Assembly (NCBI GenBank): GCA_964016885.1
Contig: OZ024761.1
Location: forward strand, 5,146,001 to 5,210,000
Direction of reading: 5' to 3'
DNA length: 64,000 nucleotides
Source: Eledone cirrhosa
Lineage: Eukaryota
The notes below the pieces were generated by a model. It was given only the letters and a program-made list of their open reading frames with translations. It was not told the DNA's origin and did not search any database. The translations under genes were made by a program, and so were the position numbers. Position 1 is the first letter of the stretch. Each line of letters opens with the position of its first letter. This document shows, in pieces, positions 1-10,916 of this stretch.

Positions 1-1304
1 TGCAATCCTGAACACCTCACGTTTTTGGTCCTCGCGTTGTAGAACATGCTTTTGCAAGGTACACTTGTCTCCTAGCTTTTCTCCTGGCCACTTGATAGTG
101 CTCTCTACTTCCCCCATCCTGCCATACTTTCCAAGCCTGCTTTTTGGCCTTGATTGTCTCTTCTACCTTACTGTTCCACCACCAAGTTACTCTGCTCCTG
201 CCAATAGGTCTGCTCCAGCCACAGATTTCATCCGTTGCTTTCAGCAGGTTCACTTTCAAGAATTGCCACTTTTCCTCTATATCGCACGTCTCTAATTGCT
301 CTTCCTTATTGTCAAAGGCATCAAGTAATAAGCTTTTAAATTTGTCACTGGCTATAGGGTCCTTCAACTTCCATATTCTTCTCCTCATGGTAAGCCTCCT
401 CTGTCGTCGAGTACGTCTATTCCTGACTATGAGGTCACTAACTACTAGGCTATGTTGGGAGGTGCATTCTTCACGGGGGAGGGATTTAGTGTTTACAACA
501 CTTTGTCCCGTCTTCTAGTAAGGATATAATCTATCTGGCTGGCGTGTTCCCCTGATCTATAGGTGATCAAGTGGTTTTCACATTTTTTGAAGTTTGTGTT
601 ACAGATAGATAGGTTATTGGCGTCACAGAATTCCAGGATTCTGAAGCCTTCCTCATTTCTATTTCCAACCCCATAGCCTCCATGGATTCCATCATAGCCA
701 TCACTATGTTGTCCAACGTGGCCGTTTAGATCGCCAGCAATAATTAAGTAGTCGCTGTTGGTTATTTGGGAGGTAGTGTGCATTAGCATCTCATAGAACC
801 TGTCCTTTATAACGTCAGGTAGACCAGATTGGGGTGCATAAGCGGATATTATTGTCACGGTAGTTCTATTTAGAACTAGCCTTATTTTAAATATTCTGTC
901 ATTTACTCTATTTACGTCATTACCTTATCTACCCATTTTTCAGCTAACATAATTCCTACACTACCCTGTCCGTTGTAATTTCCCACCCAGAAAAGTTTAT
1001 AGAATCGTTTTTTACCCACGATGAATCTGGCAGATCCCCCTCTCCACCTAGTCTCGTGAATACAACAAACATCAACTTCTTTACGTTCAAGCATCTCTAC
1101 AACCTCATTTGAGCGACCTTTCAATGTGCCTACGTTCATGGTACCAACTCTGAAATTGGGAGGGTGGGATGGATGGGTTGGAGGGGCAGGGAGGGGTGTG
1201 GGAGACGGAATTATGTTGGTCATTCGTGTCTGAAATAGAGAGGGGTCCTTGTATTCTCGTCCTGCAGCGTGAGGTGAATTTATCTTTATCTGTGACATTG
1301 TCAT
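1..1304 (-). mobile_element. RTE-clade LINE, 5' part (AP endonuclease and linker), frameshifted; continues off the left edge
   Basis: Minus ORFs 912-1304 (VGTMNVGTL..ETRWRG), 493-858 (SAYAPQ, GDLNGHVG, QIDYIL) and 17-388 (RVTWWWN) are APE and linker motifs. Homologous to the plus-strand copy starting at 1943. Confidence 0.9.
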
Positions 1305-1900
1305 TGAGTGCTTAGACTTTCCAAATCTCCGCAGTCAACCCATCAAACAGGTCTAAACTTAAGGAGTAGTAACCGCGGCGGTAGCTTTGCTATACTGATT
1401 TGTTAGGGAACTTACTAAAGCCGCTGAGTTATGATTGGACCAGTAGCAATGGTGGTGTGTGGGGGTGGGAGGGCGGGAAATGGGTAACTTTAGGAGAAGG
1501 TTAGTTTTTAGGAAGGGTCCAACAGAATGAGACAAATTATTGAAAACATGTAAAATATTAATTGAAAATCCGAGAGAAACAAACGGGGAATTTGAATTTT
1601 AGACTGGCATAACTAGGAGTTTAAAACATTGCTCATTGGGAAGACTACAGATAATAGAAAGACAAGTAATTTGCTTACATTCTCAAAATCAACAGATTGT
1701 CTGTAAGATAATTTAGATAGATAAATTCTGTCCTTGGGAACCAGCAAGATTTATTTTATACTTGCGATCAGGGGGGGGGGGGGGGGGGGGGGGGGGTATG
1801 AGAGAAGGAGCAAAGTGTTTACAAAGTTAGCGAGCGAGATGCAGGAAGGTTCTAGAATAATTAATTAATTACTACTACTAGAAGGTATTTGTATATATAT

Positions 1901-4448
1901 ATTTAAAGATATTTTGCTCAACGCCTACGATTTAAAGATATTTTGCTCAACGCCTATGACAGTAAAGAAGAACAGATAGAGACATTTAATGTAGAAGAGA
2001 CCTGGGAGTTCCTAAAAAATAATTTACTAGAGGCGACGGATGAGGTCTGTGGCTGGAGTAAGACCTCAAGCAGGAGGAGAGTGACTTGGTGGTGGAACAA
2101 TAAGGTAGATGAAGCAGTTAAGGCCAAGAGACAGGCATGGAAAGAATGGAAGAATGGGGGGAGCAGGGTACATTACATAGAGACCAAGAGGGAAGCTAGG
2201 CGACAAGTATACTTAGCTAGGAGGGAAGCAGAGGATAGAAAATTCAAGCATGTTTTGCAACGTGAGGACCAGAAACAGGAGGTATTCAAGATTGCGAGGC
2301 AGTGTGTCAGAGATAGTTGTGATGTCATTGGAGAGAAGTGTATCCGGAATGATAAAGGTGAGCTTGCCCTCACAAGTGCTGAGAAGAAAGATGCATGGAA
2401 GAGTCATTATGATAGATTATAAATGAGGAGAATATATGGGAAGAAGAGACCCTACCCCAAGTAGACCCTATAGAGGGGCCAGCAGTACAAGTCAGCAGCA
2501 GCATAGTAAGTAAGGCAATCAAAGATATGAAGATGGGGAAGGCAACCGGTCCATCGGGTATAGCTGCCGAGATGCTGAAGGCATCTGGGTCTGTAGGTCA
2601 CACTATAACCACACGTATTGTTAACCAGGTAATACTAGAAGGTGTCATACCAAAAGATTGGTGCAGTAGCATCATTGTCAACTGCTACAAAGGTAAAGGC
2701 GATGCACTAGATAGAGGAAACTATAGAGGTATAAAGTTGATGGACCAGGTCATGAAAGTAACAGAAAGAGTTATAGCACAGTTGATTAGGGACCAGGTGA
2801 AAATAGACGAGATGCAATTTGGGTTTGTACCAGGAAGATGCATCACTGATGCCCTCTTCCTTGTGAGGCAATTACAGGAAAAGTACCTAGCTAAAAGTAA
2901 TCCACTCTACTTGGCATTTGTCGACCTTGAGAAATCCTTTGACAGAGTTCCACGTGCTGTAATCTGGTGGGCTCTTAGAAAACTAGGAGTAGATGAATGG
3001 CTTGTGAAAGCGGTACAAGCCATGTATAGGGGAGCAGTCAGCAAAGTTAGGATTAGCAATGAGTATAGCGAGGAATTTAGCGTACAGGTTGGGGTCCACC
3101 AGGGCTCTGTTCTTAGCCCCCTCCTGTTCATCATAGTCCTGCAGGCAATAACGGAGGAGTTTAAGACCGGATGCCCACGGGAACTCCTGTATGCTGATGA
3201 CCTCGCACTCATAGCTGAATCTATGGTAGAACTAGAGAATAAATTCCAAACTTGGAAGCAGGGACTAGAAAGAAAGGGTCTCAAAGTCAACATGACAAAG
3301 ACTAAGGTCCTTGTAAGTAGACGAGAAAACAGAACTCAGATCCCCTCAGGGAAATGAGCTTGCTCAGTATGTAGGAAAGGTATAGGTAGGAACTCCATTC
3401 TCTGCCCCAAATGCAAACAATGGGTACACAAGAGATGTAGCGGGATCTCAGGAAGCTTAATTAAGAATGTAGGCTTCACATGCAGCAGCTGTGCTGAGAC
3501 AGTAAGCAGCAAACAGCCACAGGAAACAAGTACCACCAATCTCTGGGAGGGCTCTGTAGAAACAGTAGACAGCTTCTGCTACCTAGGTGACCGAATTAGC
3601 AGCGGAGGTGGGTGTTCAGAAAGTACAATAACTAGGGTAAGAACGGGATGGAAGAAGTTTAGGGAACTACTACCACTGCTAGCTGCAAAAGGCTTCTCCC
3701 TCAGAATGAAAGGCAGACTGTATGATGCGTGTATCCGAACAGCAATGTTGCATGGTAGTGAGACCTGGGCGCTGAAGGTGGAAGACTTACGTAGATTAGA
3801 GAGAAACGAAGCCTGCATGCTCCGATGGATGTGTAACAGTAATATACGTGAACGACAAAGCATAAATGAATTGAGAGAGAGACTGAGCATAAGAGGAATC
3901 AAATGCTGTGTGCAGGAGAGGCGGTTGCGCTGGTACTGATATGTGATGCGTATGAAGGATGACAGCTGCATAAAAAGGTGCAGAGCACTAGAAGTTGATG
4001 GAAACCGCGGAGTGGGGAGACCCAAGATGACCTGGGATGAGGTGATAAAAGCCGACCTTACCCAATTACACCTCTCAAAGGCAATGACACACGACCGTGA
4101 CTTCTGGCGTCACGCAGTAATACAGAGTACCCGACCTCCCATGGGTACAAGCTGAAGCATATAGACAATATGCCCCCCCCCCACACACACACACACACCG
4201 CAAGGTGGTCGTGGAGGTGCCACGGCAAAAAAGCGCCCAGCCCACACTGTAAAGTGGAAGTGTAGGCGCCACGAAAAAGCACCCAGCACTCACTGTAAAT
4301 GTGGTTGGTGTTAGGAATGTCATCCAGCTGTAGAAATCAAGCCAGATCAGTTCCTGTATGAGCAAGGCATGGTCAGCCGACCAGACACTGCCCACAACAG
4401 GACAACCCGTCTAACCCATGCTAGCGTGGAAGAACGGACGTAAAACGG

Positions 4449-4478
<30 letters not shown>
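1901..4478 (+). mobile_element. RTE-clade LINE, 5'-truncated and decayed (RT, PHD-like C4HC3 finger, 3' UTR, (GAT)n tail)
   Basis: RT motifs NYRGIKLM, QFGF, FVDLEKSFD, GVHQGSVLSP and LLYADD. One frameshift near 2420, stops at 3355 and 3937. Ends in (GAT)n at about 4450-4478. A short tandem duplication sits at the 5' junction (1901-1956). Confidence 0.92.
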
Positions 4479-4479
<1 letters not shown>

Positions 4480-4580
4480 ATGTGTATGTGTGTGTATTTA
4501 TGTATATATACGTACACACACAAGTAAATGATCTTTTAGATGTCTCTTTAAATCTTTTACTTTTGTAACTTCTTTTTCAG

Positions 4581-4787
4581 AGAACAACAGAAGATTGTGG
4601 CCGACTGGAGAATTTGACAACATTGAAGGCTGTTATCCGTGAGGTGGAAAAGAGCAAAACTCATCAGCTGATATTTGAAGCTGGTAGTTCACCGGTACCC
4701 TGTAAGATCACTCGGTCAGTCAGCAAACTTCTAGAAGACCAACATAAAATAAAGCGGCGACAATCACCTCGCTTCAAGACCCACTGA
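4581..4787 (+). CDS. Candidate terminal coding exon of an unidentified upstream gene (RTTEDCGRLE...KIKRRQSPRFKTH*)
   Basis: Long polypyrimidine tract ending in CAG at 4578-4580, then 68 open codons to TGA in non-repetitive sequence. No family recognised. Confidence 0.5.
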   Translation, partial: RTTEDCGRLENLTTLKAVIREVEKSKTHQLIFEAGSSPVPCKITRSVSKLLEDQHKIKRRQSPRFKTH

Positions 4788-5096
4788 ACGTAGAGACCCA
4801 GGCATTGTTTAATTGTTGTTACTGTCCTTCTGCATGGAACAGGGCCCTAATCTGAAATGTATATAAGCAATGGGGATGACCACTACCGTGTGAGGCACCT
4901 ACAGTGTTGTGGGCAAATTTAGCCTCACTTTTACCCACCACAGACTTTTTGGATCAGTCACTTTAACCCTTATGTTGCTATAATTCTAATGAAATACATT
5001 GCCTCTCTCTCTTTCTCCCCCTCCCCCCTCTCTTTCTCTCTGAAAAAGAAAAAGAAGAAATCAGTTGTGATCAATTCAGGAAAGACACTGCCAGGT

Positions 5097-5286
5097 TTAA
5101 CCCTTTACAATTTACATTACTCTATATATACTATTATATTTTCATGGTAAAGGTTTTATCTCACATAATATTGAATCTATGAGATTTTGATATTATTTTG
5201 AGAACAATACGGTTACAGCTGATTTGAACATAGAGAGGTGAGAGAATTCTAGCCGGAAACGTATGGTTTAAATGCTAAAGGGTTAA
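5097..5286. mobile_element. piggyBac-like MITE (TTAA-CCCTTT...AAAGGG-TTAA); related inverted copy at 54136-54340
   Basis: TTAA flanks and short TIRs. The internal sequence recurs reversed at 54136-54340 and partly near 39860-39990. Confidence 0.55.
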
Positions 5287-5295
5287 AATATCACT

Positions 5296-6037
5296 AGTGT
5301 CTCTATAAATATCACAACAGTGCCTCTATAGATACCACAACAGTGTCTCTATAGATATCACAACAGTGTCTCTATAAATATCACAACAGTGTCTCTATAA
5401 ATATCACAACAGTGTCTCTATAGATATCACAACAGTGTCTCTATAGATATCACAACAGTGTCTCTATAGATATCACAACAGTGTCTCTATAGATATCACA
5501 ACAGTGCCTCTATAGATATCACAACAGTGCCTCTATAAATACCACAACAGTGTCTCTATAGATATCACAACAGTGTCTTTATAAATATCACAACAGTGTC
5601 TCTATAAATATCACAACAGTGTCTCTATAGATATCACAACAGTGTCTCTATAGATATCACAACAGTGTCTCTATAGATATCACAACAGTGTCTCTATAGA
5701 TATCACAACAGTGTCTCTATAGATATCACAACAGTGTCTCTATAGATATCACAACAGTGCCTCTATAGATATCACAACAGTGTCTCTATAGATACCACAA
5801 CAGTGCCTCTATAGATACCACAACAGTGCCTCTATAGATATCACAACAGTGCCTCTGTAATATCACAACAGTGCCTCTATAATATCACAACAGTGCCTCT
5901 ATAATACCACAACAGTGCCTCTATAGATACCACAACAGTGCCTCTATAATATCACAACAGTGCCTCTATAGATATTACAACAGTGCCTCTATAGATACCA
6001 CAACAGTCTCTCTAGATATCACAACAGTGGCTCTATA
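5296..6037. repeat. 23-bp tandem repeat (ACAACAGTGTCTCTATAGATATC), about 32 copies
   Basis: Direct periodicity. Confidence 0.95.
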
Positions 6038-6382
6038 AGAGGTTAACGAACTTCCCCATGTGATTTTCAATTAATTTTGAAAATCAAGAATTTGGGAGAA
6101 AAATATAACCAATTTTGCTGTTATTTATGTGATATTTGAAACATAACTCAACAAAGGTTCTTACATGAAATTATGATGGAAGGTTTTTTGATAAATCCAT
6201 ACACGCATGGAAGATAGACATGAAATGGTGATGCGATGAAGGTTAAACTCTAGCATCCATCAAACCCGTGCCCCCCCCCCCTTCCCTCCCTCCCACCCAC
6301 AAAAAAAAGAAAAGACAAAATAACTCTAACTCTCTATGCTGTTTGTTCCTTTTGCTCCCTTGAGAGTATTTGATGATAGCGT

Positions 6383-6705
6383 TTCTCCCTTCTGTGGAAA
6401 AGTACTGGAGTTAAGTTTGTGTTTCTACCTTCTATGGAAAAGTACTAGAGTTAGCTAACCTTGTGGTTCTCCCTTCTGTGGAAAAGTACTGGAGTTAGCT
6501 AACCTTGTGGTTCTCCCTTCTGTGGAAAAGTACTGGAGTTAGCAACCTTGTTGTTCTCCCTTCTGTGGAAAAGTACTGGAGTTAGCTAACCTTGTGGTTC
6601 TCCCTTCTGTGGAAAAGTACTGGAGTTAGCTAACCTTGTGGTTCTCCCTTCTGTGGAAAAGTACTGGAGTTAGCTAACCTTGTGGTTCTCCCTTCTGTGG
6701 AAAAG
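6383..6705. repeat. 44-bp tandem repeat, about 7 copies
   Basis: TTCTCCCTTCTGTGGAAAAGTACTGGAGTTAGCTAACCTTGTGG repeats. Confidence 0.95.
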
Positions 6706-7059
6706 CACCAATTTCAATACTTGTTAGTAATCTATTGAAAAACCTATAAAATGGCTTATGGAAAACATTTTTTTTCCCTGTTTGTACATAATATATACTT
6801 ACTTGTGTGTGTGTGTAAGCACTAGTGTACATGTGTGTGTGTCTACTTGAATGCATGTGTGTGGGCTTATTTGTAAATATGTGTGTATGTGTACCTGCAA
6901 AGTGAGATATATTTTTATCAGTTGATTGAATAAAAAGAAATTGTATTATATTTACTGTTGTTGTTGAATCTGTGTACCCAGCTTTCATAGTTTGAGGGGG
7001 GTCAAAAGCCAGTGGGGACAGCCCTCACTCTAGGTGAAGCAATACAATCATCACAGCTT

Positions 7060-8662
7060 CTCACACACATGTGCATATACAGACATGCAGACACACAACG
7101 GTGCACATATACATGCACACTATGGTGCACATCCACACACTGCTGCATGCACATACACACTATGGTACACCCATACATACACTGGTGTACATATACACAC
7201 ACTATGGTGTATACATACATACATAAACACACTACAGTGCATACATCCATACATACACACACACATACACTATGGCACACACACACTGGTGCACACATAC
7301 ACATGCACATGGTGCATGTACACACACATACACACTATGGTACACACACACACTATGGTGCACGCATACACACTATGGTACACACACACATTATGGTACA
7401 CATACACACACACTATGGTACACATACACATACCCTCTGGTACACATATACACACACCCACACATACACATACCCTCTGGTACACATACACACACACCCA
7501 CACACACTATGGTACACATACACACACACTATGGTACACATACACATACCCTCTGGTACACATATACACACCCACACACACTATGGTACACATACACATA
7601 CCCTCTGGTACACATATACACACACCCACACACACTATGGTACACACATACACACACCCACACATACTATGGTACACATACACACACCCACACACACTAT
7701 GGTACACATACACATACCCTCTGGTACACATATACACACACCCACACACACTATGGTACACATATTCACACACTATGGTACACATACACATACCCTCTGG
7801 TACACATATATACACACCCACACACACTATGGTACACATATACACTCACCCACACACACTATGGTACACATACCCTCTGGTACACATACACATACACATA
7901 CCCTCTGGTACACATACACACACCCACACACACTATGGTACACATATTCACACACTATGGTACACATACACATACCCTCTGGTACACATATATACACACC
8001 CACACACACTATGGTACACATATACACTCACCCACACACACTATGGTACACATACACACACCCTCTGGTACACATACACACACACTATGGTACACATACA
8101 CACACACTATGGTACACATATACACACACTATGGTACACACACCCACACACACTATGGTACACATATACACACACTATGGTACACACACCCACACCCTCT
8201 GCTGTCAAACTACATTTGTTGAACATATCAATGTCAATCTTTGTCAATGTTTATAAGTTAGTGTCTGGAGCTGGAGTTATATCTCTTGTTAGGACATCTG
8301 TAAACAACCACATATGTGTGTGTGTATAATATGTGTGTATATATATAATGTGTGTGTATATATAGAATGTGTGTATATATATGTGTGTGTATATATATGT
8401 GTGTGTATATATATATGTGTGTGTATATATATGTGTGTGTATATATATATGTGTGTTTCTCTCTCTAGAGAGAGAGAGGTATGTATCTCTCTCTATATAT
8501 ATATATGTGTGTATAAATTGTGTGTGTGTGTCTGTATAAATATATATGTGTGTGTGTGTGTATAAATATGTGTTTCTCTCTCTAGAGAGAGAGGTATGTA
8601 TCTCTATATATATGTGTCTGTGTGTATATATATGTGTGTGTGTATAAATATATGTATGAGTG

Positions 8663-8695
<33 letters not shown>

Positions 8696-8806
8696 TTCTC
8701 TCTCTAGAGAGAGAGGTATGTATCTCTCTCTCATATATATATATATATATGTGTGTGTGTGTATAAATATATGTGTGTGTGTGTGTGTGTATAAATATAT
8801 GTATGA

Positions 8807-8846
<40 letters not shown>

Positions 8847-8871
8847 TTCTCTCTCTAGAGAGAGAGGTATG

Positions 8872-8960
<89 letters not shown>
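7060..8960. repeat. CA-rich minisatellite (CACTATGGTACACA) followed by compound (TA)/(GT)/(CT) microsatellite
   Basis: Low-complexity periodic sequence. ORFs here are artefacts. Confidence 0.95.
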
Positions 8961-8961
<1 letters not shown>

Positions 8962-9148
8962 GATAATTTAATATATCAACTAACATAAGCGCACAGATGC
9001 ACGCCCATGCCAGCAAATACACAGGTTATGTCATAGTACCTAGGTGGTTCAATGCAGGAGAATGCAGAACAATAATATAAAGGACGTAAAATAAGAAAAT
9101 ATTTTTTTAAAAAAATTTAAAAAAAATTTTTTTCTTACTTAAATTTTC

Positions 9149-9230
9149 ACTCCAACTAATTAGTTTCTGCAATGGGATAAAGACAGTTACGTAATCCAAC
9201 TGTCGAGAATTCATTGCGTCATCAGGAAGT
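9149..9230 (-). ncRNA. Type I hammerhead ribozyme motif (copy 1)
   Basis: Reverse complement of the 10034-10115 motif, apparently identical. Confidence 0.8.
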
Positions 9231-9706
9231 CTATTCTCAGTTAAGTCTCCAGGCAATGCGCGGACACTGGCGGCTCATATAAAAATAATAATAATTCGGT
9301 AGATCGAACAGCTTGCGAGGACTGGATTCTATGTACCGAAATTCTCACTGCTTCAAGTCAAATGGCCGATTCTAAAGAATCAATCACGTGACACAGAGGC
9401 TAGTTAGAAGGAATGGGATGGTAAGATGACTGACGCCTACTAACACCCCAAAAAAAATTTTTTTTAGAAGTGGTTTTGACAAGTTTGCTCGACAAATCAG
9501 TGATTTGGAGATAAATATAGATAATTTAATATATCAACTAACATAAGCGCACAGATGCACGCCCATGCCAGCAAATACACAGGTTATGTCATAGTACCTA
9601 GGTGGTTCAATGCAGGAGAATGCAGAACAATAATATAAAGGACGTAAAATAAGAAAATATTTTTTTAAAAAAATTTAAAAAAAATTTTTTTCTTACTTAA
9701 ATTTTC

Positions 9707-9788
9707 ACTCCAACTAATTAGTTTCTGCAATGGGATAAAGACAGTTACGTAATCCAACTGTCGAGAATTCATTGCGTCATCAGGAAGT
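9707..9788 (-). ncRNA. Type I hammerhead ribozyme motif (copy 2)
   Basis: Same motif, 558 bp from copy 1. Confidence 0.8.
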
Positions 9789-10033
9789 CTATTCTCAGTT
9801 AAGTCTCCAGGCAATGCGCGGACACTGGCGGCTCATATAAAAATAATAATAATTCGGTAGATCGAACAGCTTGCGAGGACTGGATTCTATGTACCGAAAT
9901 TCTCACTGCTTCAAGTCAAATGGCCGATTCTAAAGAATCAATCACGTGACACAGAGGCTAGTTAGAAGGAATGGGATGGTAAGATATGAGCCGCCAGTGT
10001 CCGCGCATTGCCTGGAGACTTAACTGAGAATAG

Positions 10034-10115
10034 ACTTCCTGATGACGCAATGAATTCTCGACAGTTGGATTACGTAACTGTCTTTATCCCATTGCAGAAA
10101 CTAATTAGTTGGAGT
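10034..10115 (+). ncRNA. Type I hammerhead ribozyme motif (copy 3), extended stem II, palindromic stem III
   Basis: Stem I ACUUC/GGAGU; core CUGAUGA 10039-45; stem II GCAAUG/CAUUGC plus GACAGUU/AACUGUC; GAAA 10097-100; palindrome ACUAAUUAGU; GUU cleavage triplet ending at 10110. Confidence 0.82.
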
Positions 10116-10182
10116 GAAAATTTAAGTAAGAAAAAAATTTTTTTTAAATTTTTTTTAAAAAAATATTTTCTTATTTTACGTC

Positions 10183-10236
<54 letters not shown>

Positions 10237-10474
10237 ATAAATGTGTTTCTCTAGAGAGAGAGGTATGTATCTCTCTCTCTCTATATATATGTGTGTGTAT
10301 AAATATATGTATGAGTGTGTGTGTATATATATATATGTGTGTTTCTCTCTCTAGAGAGAGAGAGGTATGTATCTCTCTCTATATATATGTGTGTGTGTGT
10401 GTATATAAATATGTGTGTGTGTGTATAAATATGTGTTTCTCTCTCTAGAGAAGGTATGTATCTCTATATGTGTC

Positions 10475-10515
<41 letters not shown>

Positions 10516-10695
10516 TTCTCTCTCTAGAGAGAGGTATGTATCTCTCTCTATATATATATATGTGTGTGTGTATAAATATGTGTTTCTCTCTCTAGAGAGA
10601 GAGGTATGTATCTCTGTATATATGTGTGTGTGTGTGTGTGTATAAATATATGTATGAGTGTGTATATATATATATATATGTGTGTTTCTCTCTCC

Positions 10696-10727
<32 letters not shown>

Positions 10728-10849
10728 GTATATATATATATATCTGTATGTGTATACAGAGAGAAGGTTTGTCTGGTATGACTGTTTTATACCTCAGTTG
10801 AGAAGTGACTAGTTTCAATACAATTCTCCCATCCAATATATCCTTCACT

Positions 10850-10916
10850 ATGATAACAGTATTATTACTATTTACCTTATCAACCTCTTCACTATTCATC
10901 ACTGATGCCTCTCCAG
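10850..10916 (+). CDS. Gene B exon 1 (signal peptide [22 protein letters not shown])
   Basis: Hydrophobic N-terminus. Phase-1 donor CAG|GTAACC matches the phase of exon 2. Confidence 0.75.

Larger units (their letters stand above)
8961..10190 (-). mobile_element. Non-autonomous Penelope-like or retrozyme-like element: 558-bp partial tandem plus inverted segment, three hammerhead copies
   Basis: 8961-9518 is partly repeated at 9519-9985. 9984-10190 is the reverse complement of 9633-9838. Inserted in (TA)n. No meaningful ORF. Confidence 0.8.

Noticed and set aside
1771-1796. Poly-G run and G-rich tracts (also 23031-23420) as regulatory G-quadruplexes
   Set aside because: Folding potential alone gives no functional evidence in such a repeat-rich genome.
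1-4478. The two opposite RTE pieces as one twin-primed inverted insertion
   Set aside because: They overlap in homologous coverage and are clearly diverged, so they are separate insertions.
7012-8329. Long HT/YT-rich ORFs (also at 20.3-21.5, 32.5-35.0 and 62-64 kb)
   Set aside because: Stop-free microsatellite frames, open in several frames at once.
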